Assembly (NCBI GenBank): GCA_028534125.1
Contig: CM052818.1
Coordinates: forward strand, 28,026,001 to 28,090,000
DNA: 64,000 bases
Origin: Lama glama
Lineage: Eukaryota
Reading direction: 5' to 3'
Shown one piece after another: positions 1-13,614 of the stretch (positions are counted from its first letter, which is position 1; every line of letters begins with the position of its first letter). The position numbers were made by a program, and so were the translations under genes. The notes beneath the pieces are model-generated. The model ran no database searches. It was given only the letters and a program-made list of their open reading frames with translations, and was not told the origin of the DNA.

Positions 1-2785
1 GGAAGAAACAATAAAAATAAGTGCAACAAGTGAATTTGTATCAGCTGAAGAAGAGGGGTCAGATGGATTGGTCCACGTTGTGTATAAAAACCTGCATTTA
101 GGATCATTAACATCAGAGAATAAGATCATAGCTTACTAAAAGAGTTTCCACTCACTGAAAGACTGACTGTATTAGAATTTTGGAGGTAGTGATGCTGGAT
201 CTAAGTGGAGTACGTTTGAAAGCCTGTGCTTATTAAGGATATGAGTGACTGCTACAAGTAGTGAGTGTCCAGCCACTTCATGTTGATAGCTGGATGCCAC
301 AAATGACAAACCAAATAAAGTAGCTGAGGCTACTGTGTCCCCAAATGGATAAGGAGCTAAAAAAGAACCCCAGGGCAAAAGGGACATTATTTGTTCTCCA
401 GGGATTTATTAAGCATGATGGAGGCAGTCAGCTGGCAACCTCTCAGCCTCTTCATTTGAGGAGGTGATAATGAATTTTAATTAGTGAGGAAGACAGCTTT
501 CCCCTAAGAAGAAAGCAAAGAAAACAGGAGTATCAGTGCTCACGGAGGGTATGTTAAAACACAGGATACTCCTTACTAACACTGATTAATGGACAAATCT
601 TTGCCCTCTGTTCTTCTGCAATGTAGAAATCAAAAAACTGGGGGAAAAATGGTCTCAGATTGTGAGAAAAAGGAGGGGCAGTGCTGCTAAGGCTGATAAA
701 CAGGTTATTCCAGATCACTGAGTTTTTAAGACACTGATCACTTAATAGTAGCCGACTGATGGTACATTTTCAACAACATTTGCTCTGCCTGCTAACATTC
801 TGACAGTCCTCTTTGTACTAGAGAATGAGTAAGAGGAGACTGTATGAGACAGGAGTTTCTCCCCCAGCCCCTCCAAGTATTTTGATTTAAGCCCAAATGT
901 CCTAGCATTGGCCATCTGTTAGGATTTGGAGAGAGAATCAATGGCTTGATTCATTGTTAGCTAACTTTTGTTTTTCCTGCTGATTTAGAGTCTATGTACA
1001 TGTATACAAGCACATGTATATGTAAGTGTTTTGGGGAGGAGTATTCATTACTGTATTGTTGGATCAGAATTGGTTTTGATTTGGTTTTTGAAGGATCTTT
1101 TCAAACAGTGGATAATCAGATACCTTCTTTCATTGTTTGGATATATTGGTGATGGCCCTTGTGATAGTTTGGAGGACCCTAGACCGTCCAAGAAAATGCT
1201 ACCTTTGCTAATGGGGCTTTCATCCAGTGAACAGATTGTGCTCATAAATTATTTGAAGTCTGCAGGCCCAAAGTTACAACCAAGTATTCACAGCTTTACT
1301 TTAGCACAGTGATGGAAATTCACATGCAAATGCAGTGTTTAAATTACGAGTGTGATTGGTTTTCAGAGATACAGTTTGAGCAGATCAGAGGGTTTCTTGT
1401 GCGTCTGTGGCCTCCAATGTGGAAATCTGAGTACTCTGAGAGCCCTGAATAATAATAATCCCAGTTAGACCTTAGACCGGTAAAGAAAGACAGACATTCA
1501 CTTCCTTTTCCAGGCGGCCTGACAAAGCCCTCTGGCACGCTATGCAATGCCATGTCATTGCTGTTAACCTACCATAATTCCCCCACTAAAGAAAAGTTCT
1601 CTCCTGACCAGAAAAGTTAAATTCAGAGTGCCCCAGAAATCCACAGGTTACAGATGACTTCTATTTCCACTTTTTTCTGCCCACAAACGTGGGTGTGCAT
1701 TGTCTGAAGAGGGAAGAATTTCAAGTTTTTCTCATATGGAATAGGGTCTTTCTGTCCATTCCCTCTACTAGGTTTTGTTACCAATGAGGTTGAGGGTGGT
1801 GATAAACTTGTTTTGGTTTTCATGCCTGTCTGATAATTCTTTACAGCCTCTAATCTCTAAGGCCCTGTTTGGTTAAGGAATAGAACAGGTTCTTAAAAAC
1901 TAGGAACTTAGTTTTTAACAATCTAAACCAGTAGACTGGTATTTTTCAAATTACAGCTCAAGGTCCAGTGGTGAGCAAAGAAGGCTTTCCTAATGGGTCA
2001 GGAAGTTATTCAGGAAAGAAGTGTTTTCTTGAGTTATTCTATGTAAATAATGCACAATTCTGTTTAGGTCTTTTTGGGATTAAGGCAAAGACCACCTCTT
2101 TCGGATACTGCAAGTTGGTGTGCAGAAACTAATACTTGCTGTCGATAGAGTTTGATGAAACGGTGGTTTAGTGTTCAATTAAAACACACAGCTACAAAGC
2201 TCTTACTGTGCACTTATGCACGTGGTGGAATTCTGAATTTCCGTAAATTGTTTCCTTGATCTCCAAAAGCTGCTAATCCCTGGTGATTTCCATAAGTTAC
2301 TAGTTTTGCTTTAGAATGATAATGTACAGGTAGTTTACCGTTGTTTCTTTTGGCATGTAGAGAAAGAAAGTTCTTAGTTGGGCATAGTTGTTCCCTGTGT
2401 TGCAAAGCTTTGGGCATCCCTCCCTTCCTGCCATTGAACGCGAACAGTGCTTCCCAGACAGCCTGAAGCCCCAAAGTCATCCCCAGCTATTCCCAGCTGT
2501 TGTCTAAATGGGTATTATTTTCCATGGTTGAAAAATTAGTAAAAACAATAAAGTTTGTGGTGCATTATTTACTTAACTCCATAATGCGCTCAGGTGGACT
2601 TGGACCCGTCATTTCTTAATAAAATATATTTGTTATTAATAGATTGTGAAAGAATGATTCAATGATATTTTATTAAAAAATAAGATATTAAATATTCTTT
2701 CAACTGTGCTTATACTGAAAGCATTATTGATGTTGTGCACCCCTGGCTGTGTGCTGTGAAGACAATGTGAAGTGTTACTAGGCAG

Positions 2786-3055
2786 CACTGTGGGTTGAAG
2801 TATGCCCTCCCAAAAGATATTTTGAAGTTCTAAACCTGGATTACCCTGACCTTTGGAAATAGTGTCCCTCTGAATGGAATCAAATTAAGATGAGGCCATT
2901 AGGGTGGGCCCTAATTCAGTGTGATTGGCGTCCTTATAAGAACAGAACTTCTTTTTTGGCCTCAAAACCTGGGGTGAGGGGAGGGGAATTCTATTCTTTT
3001 TAAACCGTCCAGCTTATATGATAATTTGTCATGGCAGCCCTAGGAAACTGATACA
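2786..3055 (+). mobile_element. MaLR solo LTR, MLT1B/MLT1C-like, internally deleted
   Basis: Starts CACTGTGGGTTGAAGTATGCCCTCCCAAAAGATAT, contains AATTAAGATGAGGCCATTAGGGTGGGCCCTAAT, ends ATGGCAGCCCTAGGAAACTGATACA. Flanked by an imperfect 5-bp TSD (GGCAG / GACAG). Confidence 0.85.
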
Positions 3056-3279
3056 GACAGGTTACCTTAACCTGTCTGTAATGCAGATACAATTCTGTAT
3101 CTGTTAAATGGGACAAGTAGAATAGTTCTGAGCAATGATAAGTTAATATTCACAAAGCACTGCAACGATTATATAATATACAGCCTCCACATAGAGCAGT
3201 ATGTGTTAGCTCAGTACACTTGAGGTAGGTGAATTATCATTAAACCATAATTTTTCTTTCTAGAATAATTTTTTAATCC

Positions 3280-3500
3280 GAGAGTTGGCAAACTATCACT
3301 CGTGGACCAAATTCAGACTGCCACCTGCTTGTATAAATAAAGTGGTTTTTTATTTTTTTCCTGGAATAGAGCCATATTTGTTTAAATATTTTGTATGGCT
3401 GTTTTGTGCCATGACAGTAAATTTGTGTAATTGCCACAAAGGCTGTAATACTCACAAAACCTAAAATACTTTCTCTCCAGACCCTTAAGAAAAAGTTTGC
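3280..3500 (+). mobile_element. MER58A-like hAT-Charlie MITE
   Basis: GTTGGCAAACTAT...GGACCAAATTCAG...GTATAAATAAAG...CACAAAACCTAAAATACTT...AAAAAGTTTGC matches the recalled MER58A layout. Confidence 0.75.
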
Positions 3501-4734
3501 TATAAAATCGGTTATATACGCTAGTATTATTGTTTGATTTTTAAAGAATTTAATGATTTATGTATGTTGCTAGCCACATTTCCTGCAACTTACTTCTTTT
3601 GTTCCTTTATACTTTGAGCTCTATTCCAACTGGAGGTGGCAATAAATAGGGTAGATGGGCTGTTGTGTCACTTATCCCACATAATGTCACAGTGATCAAG
3701 AGTGTAAGGCTATTGATTGATATTCTTAGTAGAACTAATGGAAAAAATGAGGACTAAAATATTACATTTTTATTGTCTCCACGATGGAATACAATGTAAT
3801 AATGACTTTATGTAATAATGGGACTTTGTGTAATAATGATTCATGAGGGTTTAGTGGACTTCTAACTACAAGCCACATTTTCCCACTGAGAATCATTTTT
3901 CTCCAAAGAAATTTTTCAAGCTATTGATTCCCATATCTAATACTGCAGAGTGAATTAAAGCAGTAAAGTTAATGACCCCAAACTCAAGGGTAAATTTATA
4001 AGGTGAAAATTAGGAGCTCTTAAAGCAGAAGCATGGGTGGTAAAATCATTAGGTGAGGAGATTTATCTGGACAACTTTCTCAGTGTTTGATGTGCATGTT
4101 CTAAGTGAGGAAGCAAGAGCCTTATCCTCAAAGAGCTAAGAGTCTACTCCCTGTGGTCTTCAAGGGATTGCTAGTCCTCATCTTGCTGATATGATGGAAT
4201 TTTAGGCCCTAACCACAGGTTGTTCTTTGTAACTGAAGAAAGTGAAAGTTTTAGGTTGAGGAAGGCCTGTTTGTAGACATTCATAGAATTTTTCCCTTTT
4301 TCAAAATTCATGTATGTAAAGCAGGGCAGTTATAAATAGTTCCCTTCTACTACTTATTCAACTCTAGGAGAGGCTAATTATTTTTGTAATGACCAATTTG
4401 GCTCCTTTGAAGGATCTATTCATGATGTAATGGGCAGAACATTTTACTAGTTAGTAACTTTAAGAACTCAACCAGCTCTAGGTCCTCTCAGGTCAGGATA
4501 ACAGTGAACTCTGAATTACTTGGAGATAATTTGGCATTTGTACTTAGTCATATATGAGCTGCAGGATTCTGAGGCCCAGTGAAATATCAATGCCTTCTGA
4601 AAAATTATTCAAAGGCATGGCAATCAGACCTGGCTGGTAATGTGCCTTACTTGTAAATGGATTTGCAGCAGTCATTTGAGACAGTTTTAACACATTGCCC
4701 AAAGGGTTTTATCCAAATTGGGTTCCCTTCAAGA

Positions 4735-4975
4735 TCATTTATTCAACAAACACTTATTAAAGACATATTAATTGGTAGACATTGTGCTAACTTCTAGTGA
4801 AGAGAAAGAAACAGTAACCAAAATAAATAAAGAGTTATTTTAAAAAATATTAAGTACTATGAAAATAAAAAGTGGGGAGAATGATCTGATTGCTCAGGAG
4901 GGGTGGAGAGTTGACGTTTTAAATAGGATGATCAGAGAAGACTTCATTGGGAAAGTAACCATTAAAAATTTGAAG
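4735..4975 (-). mobile_element. L2 LINE 3' fragment
   Basis: ATTTATTCAACAAACACTTATT tail motif and TTTAAATAGGATGATCAGAGAAGACTTC, both typical of antisense L2a. Confidence 0.65.
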
Positions 4976-7374
4976 AATAGTTAATCAAACATCATTTGAG
5001 AGCATCTGTATGCCCATAGCTCCCGAAGACAAATGTTGACTTTGTCTCTAGCTCAGATGAATCATTGATAAAAGCTGTTGCACTTGTTTCCTTAGACTGG
5101 GAAAAACCCATATAGAATTCTGCATTAGAATGAGCTTCTATACGGATTTATCATGGGAGATGTTAGCAATCAGAGCACTCTGACAGTTTTTGGTGATAGA
5201 ATTGGGGTAGGGGGCAGTCTTTGATACTTGGGGTGGACTTCAGCTCTTGTCCCCAGATCTATAGTTACAGCCCGCCCCATTACACATTTAAGCCACCACA
5301 AATAAACATGCAATCTAAGTGAAAACTATGTGATTTGATTGTTAAGCTAATGTAACTTCGAGACAAGTTCCTAAATTGAACAAAACAATGGAATGGCAGA
5401 TGGACTGTAAATTATCACTCTTATGACTGATTAATTTTGAGCATAAAGTAAAGTAAGAGAGCTGTATGGGCTAAACCTCAGGGTTGTCCAGATCATACAT
5501 TTCTCAGAGGCAGCTGTGGACCAGAGTAGGCACTCCCTCCATGAAGATGTCTCATAAAATGTATACTTCCTAAGAAAGAAGGGAGGCCTGAGCATGCCAT
5601 GGTGATCTTTCTCCTCAATTAACAATTCAGTTAAGTATCTCTATCTCCCCAAGGCCAGACAACATAGAAGGATGGAAAAAGGAAAAATGTGTCTTAACAA
5701 TAGCTCCCTCAACATGGAGGAGGTATTTTAGAATTGGAGACTAAGCAATTCCCCTGACATGCTCTTATACAGAAACTATGGAAATGCCACTTTATAAAAG
5801 GCTGTCACACATCCACACTTTGTCACTTTCAGTCATGCCATGGACATGTAACCAAAGTTAATAAGATGTCAACTATACAGTTGAAACTTGCAATTCAATT
5901 TAATGTGTATTGTCTCATAATTGCCAAATGCTGGATAAGTGAAAAGAATTTTTGTTTTGGGCGGGTGAACATAGTAATATGTAGAGTTGGCAATTCTTTA
6001 AAGTGATAAAGAATGTGAAGGACACAAAACAGCCATTAATAAAGCAAGAGGAAACATGCTCAGAGAAATACATCTCATTTTTAAAAGAGAAAGTTATATG
6101 AGAAGACAGTAGAGAAAATAAAGACTGATGTAAGTCCCTGAGGACATTACATTTAAGCATAGGCCAATTAATGTATGTGGAGGAATACTTTTGGAAATAA
6201 AATGATTCTGGGTTGAACTATAGAATAAAACAAATGGAATAATATTGCTAGACAAAGAACATTTGAAAATGTGCTTCATTGACACAGAAACTTAAATGAA
6301 TGTCATGCCATTTTTTTTTATTATGCTCTCTTAAATCAACAGATTCAATGTACAGATTCAATAAGGCTTATTGAAAGACTCTATTTCCATGCATCAGGGA
6401 AAGCTAAGTTGAGATGTTAAATGCTAACAACCTTGAAAAACCGGATGGAGACTATTTAAATGAATATATAATGGTTAAGGATAATGATGTACACATTCTT
6501 TTAAGGTTCACAAGTAAAATATTTAGCATATAGTAAAGCTTTGTGAATCTAATGATATCATAGGACAAATTAGATGTTGTATATTTTTTGGTAAAACAAA
6601 GGAACAATCAGAAATATCAAGCAGTTAAATATGTACAAAATAAGCAAAGTCTAAAAATGCCAAAGCAGGTAGGAATTGGACAGTTACTTGATTAACTAAA
6701 ATTCAGACTAAGATAGGATAAGGGAATATAATGATTAAGAGGTTAAAAGTGTCACAGTGAACTTGAAAAACAATTAGACTTCCCCAGAGATGCATTAGAC
6801 AAGGATGTCTGATGACTCAGCTTCATAAATTAGTAACAGTAGCTAACAAGAAAAGAGCAAGTGGCCAGCAAGGAGTAGCAAGTAATGCAGGCATTTAGTG
6901 CAGTGTATTACACGGTTTAGACTGCGCCTGAGGTTGCTGGGAGAGTTTACTCAGGTAGCATAATCATTTCTTTTTTTCCTGAAATTAACATGTGGGAATT
7001 TCACAGAAAATTGAAAATGCCAATCATCTTGGTTCTTTAAAGCCAGTTCCTTCCTCTTCCTCCCTCTTCTCCTACTCCCCCTCTTTTTTCTTTTTTTCTT
7101 TTTCTGCAAGTTGTTGTGTTCCATCTTTGTGAGAGTTCTAATGAGAGAAGAAAACTGCTGTAAGTAGGCCTGGATAACTTAAGTGCTATCAGAAGAGGAA
7201 AAAAATGAAAGATGAACATAAAAGCATAAGTTGAAACTTAAAATTTCCTTCTGTTGAAATTTTTAGCTTAAAAGTGAACTATGCATTCAAGAGAGGGGTT
7301 AAAAACTGGCATAAGTTTCATCCCCTATTTAATTCTCACAGAAGCAAAAACCATATGATTCTGAGGAGGGAGGA

Positions 7375-9410
7375 GTTGGTTGCTATCTTTTTCTTGATTT
7401 ATAGGAGTTCTTTATATAAAATTTGGAGGGTTGGATAGATAGATAAATAGTTAGATAGGAATTCTGGATGTTTTGAATCTTTTGTTGGATATCTATATAG
7501 CGAATATCACCTCCAAATCTACATGTAATTGCATTTTCTTTATTTTAATTATGTAATTTGATGAACAGAAATTAATTTTGATGAAGTCAGTATTTTTTGT
7601 TTTGTCAGAGGTTGTTGCTTTTGGCATCTTGTTTAAGAATGTTTTGTCTGGGCTAAGGATATGAAGATAGTCTCCTGTGTTTTCCTTTACTTTTTTTACT
7701 TTTTGCCTTTTACATTTATATTTACACTTGATATGAAGTTGACTTTTTGTGTGTGTTCTGTGAAAGAGACCTAGGTTCTTTTTCCAAATAAATATTATTT
7801 ATTTAAACATTTATCAAATAATTATTAATGTTATTAGTATTATTAAGAAATATTAATGAAATTGCCATAATTCATATTTATAATTTATATTTATTTAAAT
7901 ATTATATACTTATATAAGTTATATATAATTTATAATTGTATTTATAACTATTATAATAAAATATTAAATATTATTTATTGAAAAAAATTACTGTGTTTTA
8001 ATGAAAAATTTTTCATAAATTTAGTGACTACTTACACATAGGTCTGTTTATAGAATTTGTTTTGTGTTTTTGTGGTCTGTCTGCCCATCTTTGTGCTAAT
8101 TACACTTTGTTTTTACTATTGTAGCTTTTAAAAAGATATGCCATTTGTTATTATAAGTCTTCTAACTTCGTTCTTTCTCTTCAGTGTTATTGCTTTGACT
8201 CTTCTTGGCCCTTAGCATTTCCATATAAATTTTAGGATTATCTAATCAATTTAATTGGCTATTGAAAGCAAATATCATTTTTATAGTACTCAATTTCTGT
8301 ACATGTATATCCCTCAATTTATTTAGGCCTTTTAAAATTTCTTTCATTAATGCTTTCTAGCTATCTATATAGAAATCATGTACTCCTAAACAAAAAGGAG
8401 TGTTTAAGTTTTTGGTGTTGCTATGAATAAATTTGACTGTACATTTAATTTTACAAATATTTATTTTTAGTATGTATAAGTGATTCTTTTTATTAGTCAT
8501 ATATAGATAATTTGCTGCATTTGCTCATCAGTTCTAGTAGTTTATATGAATTTTTTTGATTATTAACTACTTCTTAACCTAAATAATATAATCACACTTT
8601 AAAGAATATTTTTTTCTTTTAAACCTTTACTTTTTAATTTTTCTTATTTATTTTGCTGATAAGATTATCTAGTATTATGTTTAATAAAATTTAATAACTC
8701 TACGATAGCAGAAATTTTTGGCTTTTTCTCAATCTCAGTGGAAATGTTCAATTATTTACCATAAATTTGATGTTTATTGTAAGGTGTTTTTTTGGTTTTT
8801 TGCGGGTGTGTTCTTGATAGGTGTTCCTTATCAGATTAATGAAATTTCCTTTTCTTCAAAGGTTAGTAAGAATTTTTATCATGAATGTTGCTAATTGTTC
8901 CCATTTTTTTTTCTGCATTTGAGATGATTGTATGACTTTTCTCCTTTTTTTCTATTAATTTGGTGAATTTTATTTCTTTATTTTTAATTGTTAAACCCAT
9001 ATTTTTAACTGAAAGCTATGCAATTTGATCACTTATTTTTTGTGTATCATGAAATTAGATTGCTAATAGTTACTTAAGAGTTTTGTACCTATATTCATGA
9101 GCGATATTTGAAGAATTTACTGGTGAAGCCAACTTTGTCTGAAATTAACATGGTACAAAGGATTTAAATTTCTTTAATAAATATAGGGTTTTTAAAAGTT
9201 TTCTATATCTTTTGTATAGTTTTAGTAAGTTTTTCAAGTAATTTGCCTATTTCATTTTAATTTTAAAGTATTGAAATATAGTTGTTTGGAATATCTTTCT
9301 AATGGCTTCACAATGTTTGCAGGATCTGTAGTAATGCCCCCCTTTCCTTTGTTTAATTTGGTAATTTGTGTTTTCTCTCTTTTTATTTTCTCAGTTTGGG
9401 TAAGGGTTAT
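7375..9410 (-). mobile_element. Old L1 (L1M/L1ME-type) ORF2 region, heavily degraded
   Basis: T-rich antisense L1 motifs, e.g. TTGATTTATAGGAGTTCTTTATAT, CATTTCCATATAAATTTTAGGAT, TTCTGCATTTGAGATGATTGTATG, CAGGATCTGTAGTAATGCCCCC. AT-rich low-complexity patch at about 7790-7980. Confidence 0.8.
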
Positions 9411-9892
9411 TTTAAGTTAGAAGTTTAAAAAACATATCTTATTCTAAGCATGGGCTTAGAGTATGGAGTATGCACTTTGATAAGCAAATTGCTAGCTATA
9501 TTTCTACTCTTAACAAATCACTCAATATTTTATATAATAGACAGACTGTACGGAGATACATCATGGCCTTGTCTATTTACATTATATTCTGTGTATTTCC
9601 AAAATACATAGGAGAAACAATAAAGCAACTTGTACTTCTGAAGACTCATGCCTCCCCTGATCTATGCCACAGAAATTCCGTCACATATTCAGACTATGAC
9701 TGTCCCTCCTGTATCAGTCTTACCTTGAGCATTTGGTTATTTACTTTCCATGTATTTCTTGAGATATTCATTGAAATAGAATATAGACTCTGAAGTTTAC
9801 ACAAGAGTTATAATTATCAAGAAAATTAATGTTATCTCATGTTTGCCAGTAGAGCATAGCTCATAATGACCAACTTAAATTATGTGGCAGTT

Positions 9893-10006
9893 TATATACA
9901 TATATATACACACACACACACACATATATACACATATATATATGTATATATATTTTTATATATATATATGTGTGTGTATATACATACACACACACATGCA
10001 TATATA
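9893..10006. repeat. Compound (TA)n/(CA)n/(TG)n microsatellite
   Basis: Directly visible alternating purine-pyrimidine tract. Confidence 0.95.
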
Positions 10007-11037
10007 ATTTAAGGACTAAGATGTATTATATTATAAATAAAAATTGATAGAAAATATTTCATTTTAAAAAGTCTAATTGTTTATGTGAAGCGCCAGGCAG
10101 CATATTTAAATTGGAGTAATAATTTGTTCTATTTTGGACAACCAAAAAATTATATATTCTTTTTTTTATTAGTATTTAGATATTTTTATGGTATGTAAAA
10201 TACTGTTCAACCATAAGATAATATATACTTGAGCAGGCACTGTAATGTTACATTGTTAAAATCTAAAAATGACTTCAGAGCACGGAGTAGGTGCCTAATA
10301 AAAGTGTGACGTTGAATTATTCTTTGGGAATTGATGAGATAATTTTGCTAATCAAAGTTTTAAATTCTTACTTGTACCAAATGGTACCAAACCATTTGGT
10401 TTGGACATAATATAATGTAAAGAATCCCTGATAAGAGGCATAATACCTGCTTACTCACATAGTTTAAAAAAATCATTGGAAATAATGTGAATAAATAATC
10501 AAACTTCCTATCTCATTATAGGGTTAGGGAATGAATGGATAATTTTAATGATTTTACCCAGGAAGGACCATGGAAGAGTATGTGAGTGTGACATTTTTAC
10601 TCAGTTTTCAGTCAGTGAGTGACTCATAACATCTATAGAGGTTCAGAATGGCTATCATACTAATTTTCATAACACTCAAAGATGTGGAGAAAAGCCAGAA
10701 GCTGGGAATGATGTAATATGCTTAATATTTCAGGGAGTTTGTTCTAAAAGTGGTTACAGGAGGAAATTGAGAAGAAAGGCCTATAATCAAAGCAGTAACT
10801 TACATATTTTTTAATCCACATATTTTATAGCAAGAAACTTATTAAGGGAAATGACCAACAAAGACAAATAAGAAACATATTTCATTTCAGAATGAAAAAA
10901 TACGATCTGGAGGCTAATAAGGTCTATGATAACTATGTTATATAACTCCAGTGTTTCAAGTCTAGGTGTATGGAAGATTTTGGTAAGATAGGAACTGGTG
11001 GGAAATAGGACTTCTGTGGAGGTTAACAAGTTTGAGG

Positions 11038-11600
11038 ATTGTTCATTTAACAAATAATTGCGAATCACTTAGGTGCTAGAAATTGTGCTAATAAATAGAA
11101 TTTATAGGTAGATTAGTCTTGAGGTCCTTACATTTTAATTGAAGAGACAAATATATAATTATAGACAAATTAAAGTGTGATCTCTCATATAACAGAAATA
11201 TGTGGAAAAGGTTGCTGAAGTTGAATTCAAGTTTAGGGTAGGATATTCAGTTACAGTAAAAAGTTAGGATTTCATGTACTCCAGCAGACATTTTTTGAGC
11301 ATATATCATAACCAAATATCAAGACTCACTCAAGTAAAAGATCTGTCGATCTGCATATAAATATTTGGGAGTCATAATTTCAAAAAATAATTGTAGCTAT
11401 GAATATTAATGAACTGTTTGAAATAATAAAAGATGAGGAGCAGAAATGTAGCTTTAATAATGGGGTACGCTCAACTTTGGGGAGAGAGAAAAAAAAGTGC
11501 GTGCAAATGAATTAACAAAAACAAGGCTAAAAAAAACATAAAAGTAAGGCTAATGTGGAATCATAAAACTAAAAGGGGGTAAAGTCTAGAAGCCATGAAT
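11038..11600 (-). mobile_element. L2 LINE fragment
   Basis: Starts with the TTCATTTAACAAATAATTG tail. Contains ATATAAATATTTGGGAGTCAT, the antisense of the L2 RT core region. Confidence 0.6.
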
Positions 11601-11669
11601 GGAAATACTCTCCTATATATAATAATACATTTTATTTTATTTACAGAATTCACCCTCCCCCCAGACATT

Positions 11670-11880
11670 TTATAGGAAGAGATTTTAATGAAGTAAATAT
11701 TTAGAGACATCTGAGTAGAGTTAGGGAACAAAAGAAGAAATGGTGAGTTACCTGGAGATTAGCAGCTGTGAGAAGCAGTTCCTTCCCCATCCCCAGCTTT
11801 TGGCTGAATGAGTAGTGAGAGGAAATAAAGCCACCTGTCAAATAGGTGATACCTGGTGAGAGATGTGAACATGGAGAGTT
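11670..11880. mobile_element. Ancient MaLR LTR fragment (MLT1N/MLT1O-like)
   Basis: TTTAATGAAGTAAATATTTAGAGA...GAGTTAGGGAACAAAAG...ATGGTGAGTTACCTGGAGATTAGCAGC resembles the recalled MLT1N2/MLT1O consensus. Confidence 0.45.
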
Positions 11881-11899
11881 GTTCTGTCTGCTCCTTTCA

Positions 11900-12133
11900 G
11901 CTAGTGCTGTCTGATAGCTACAAATCTAAATTTGAGTTGAGTAATTGCTCTCTCACCTTCACTCTCAGGGGAGTAACATCTTGCTATTGTTAGCATTTAA
12001 GAGACATCATTTCTTCTTGGCTTCTCCTTATTCTTCTTACGCTCTGGCAAATGTATTCCTCATTACAGTCTACTTAAATTACTTCATTTGGGTGTGCCGT
12101 CTTTTTCCTGTAGATTCTCATCTCTGACTGATA
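11900..12133 (+). mobile_element. ERVL LTR 3' end (LTR41-like)
   Basis: Terminus AAATTACTTCATTTGGGTGTGCCGTCTTTTTCCTG...CTGACTGATAGA resembles the ERVL LTR end GTGTGCCATCTGTTTCCTG...CTGACTGATACA. Confidence 0.5.
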
Positions 12134-13435
12134 GAAAGCAGTCATTTCACGTAGACATTATCACCTCTCCCCATTTATACACAAACAGGGAGATTCATAA
12201 AGGTTAAATTACTTTCCAAGGGTATTAGTTTGCAAATGACATAATCTCTCTCCTCCTCCTACATTATGCTGCACATCTGAAGGTGAAGAGAAAAGAAATA
12301 GTAGAATGAAAAGAAAAAATCCATTTCCATAGGGAGTCATGAAAATAATGGGATATAGAGTAAAGTTGGGAGCATTTTTTTTCTTTTGTAGGAAGTATCA
12401 TTTATCTTCCTTTCAGATGAGAAAACTGGAATGATTTCTATAGTAATAGGGATATATTGAAATGCGTATGAATACTGGAGGTGGTGCCAATCTCATTATT
12501 AGCAATAAAGAGTTAGAGATAATTGCTGAGAGGAGAAGTAATAAGATTTGCTAGCAAGAACCATTCCATAGTCAGAAAGAGTTCCTTAACAATGACCAGC
12601 CCACTTTGCTGGTATATAGCATGTATCAAAAGGAACACCAAATGGATACTTCTAAGTGGAACCATGTAAAATCATCACCATTACTTGTGAAAAATTCAAC
12701 TTACATATGGTACTGTGCAAAGTTAGCTAGTCTTATCTTTATATAAAGGACAATATTCAATGCCTTTGTTGAGTTTGAAGTTTATTCATAATTTTTATTA
12801 GAGTGAAGAAATTTATGTTAGCTTTGCCTGCTTCATTATCAGTAATCATACCTTGATTATCAATATATGCCTTAAAAAATCTTACGAAATGTTTGGTTGC
12901 AAGCGCATATGGTTAACAGTAAAAGAAACCCAGAAAGTCTTCAATTCGTGTGGGGCCAGTTCCTGAATCTGCTTTTCTCTTTATTATATTTGCTACATTC
13001 TTCTAAATCCTTAATTGATGTGATTACCAGTTTAAGTAATCTTCTCAGTCAACACTTCCAACTTGAAGTAGGCCAAATTTGCTTCTTTATTATACTGTGT
13101 ATACTCCCTGCTGTCACTATGATTGTGTAGATTAATAACCCAGTAAGATAACCTGCCTCCACCAGCCTTGCTGCTTGAGTTTGGCAGGGATTTGGGCTCC
13201 CACATCTGTACACCATCCTCAGAGACTCACCTTGTCAAATGTTGCTGGTACGCCCAGTGTGAAGAAGTAGTTAGGTCTCCACTAGCAGGCATATGACCAC
13301 CTTTGACACCAGAGCTCCCAAAACTGATTAGATGAATTAAACAAGACAAAGAGGGAAAAATTTTGTCCCATTATTAAAAAGCATAGTCTTGTTTATTAGA
13401 AGTTACTTGGAAATTGGAAACTCTGCCTAGATGTA

Positions 13436-13467
13436 TTTTCTTTCTTTTCTTTCCTTCCTTTCCTTCC

Positions 13468-13516
<49 letters not shown>

Positions 13517-13603
13517 TTCCTTCCTTCCTTCCTTCCTTCCTTCCTTCCTTCCTTCCTTCCTTCTCTCTCTCTCTCTCTCCCTCTCTCTCTTTCTTTCCTT
13601 CTC
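13436..13603. repeat. Compound (TTTC)n(TTCC)n(TC)n polypyrimidine microsatellite
   Basis: About 165 nt of purely pyrimidine sequence on the + strand, directly visible. Confidence 0.97.
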
Positions 13604-13614
13604 TATTTTCTAGT

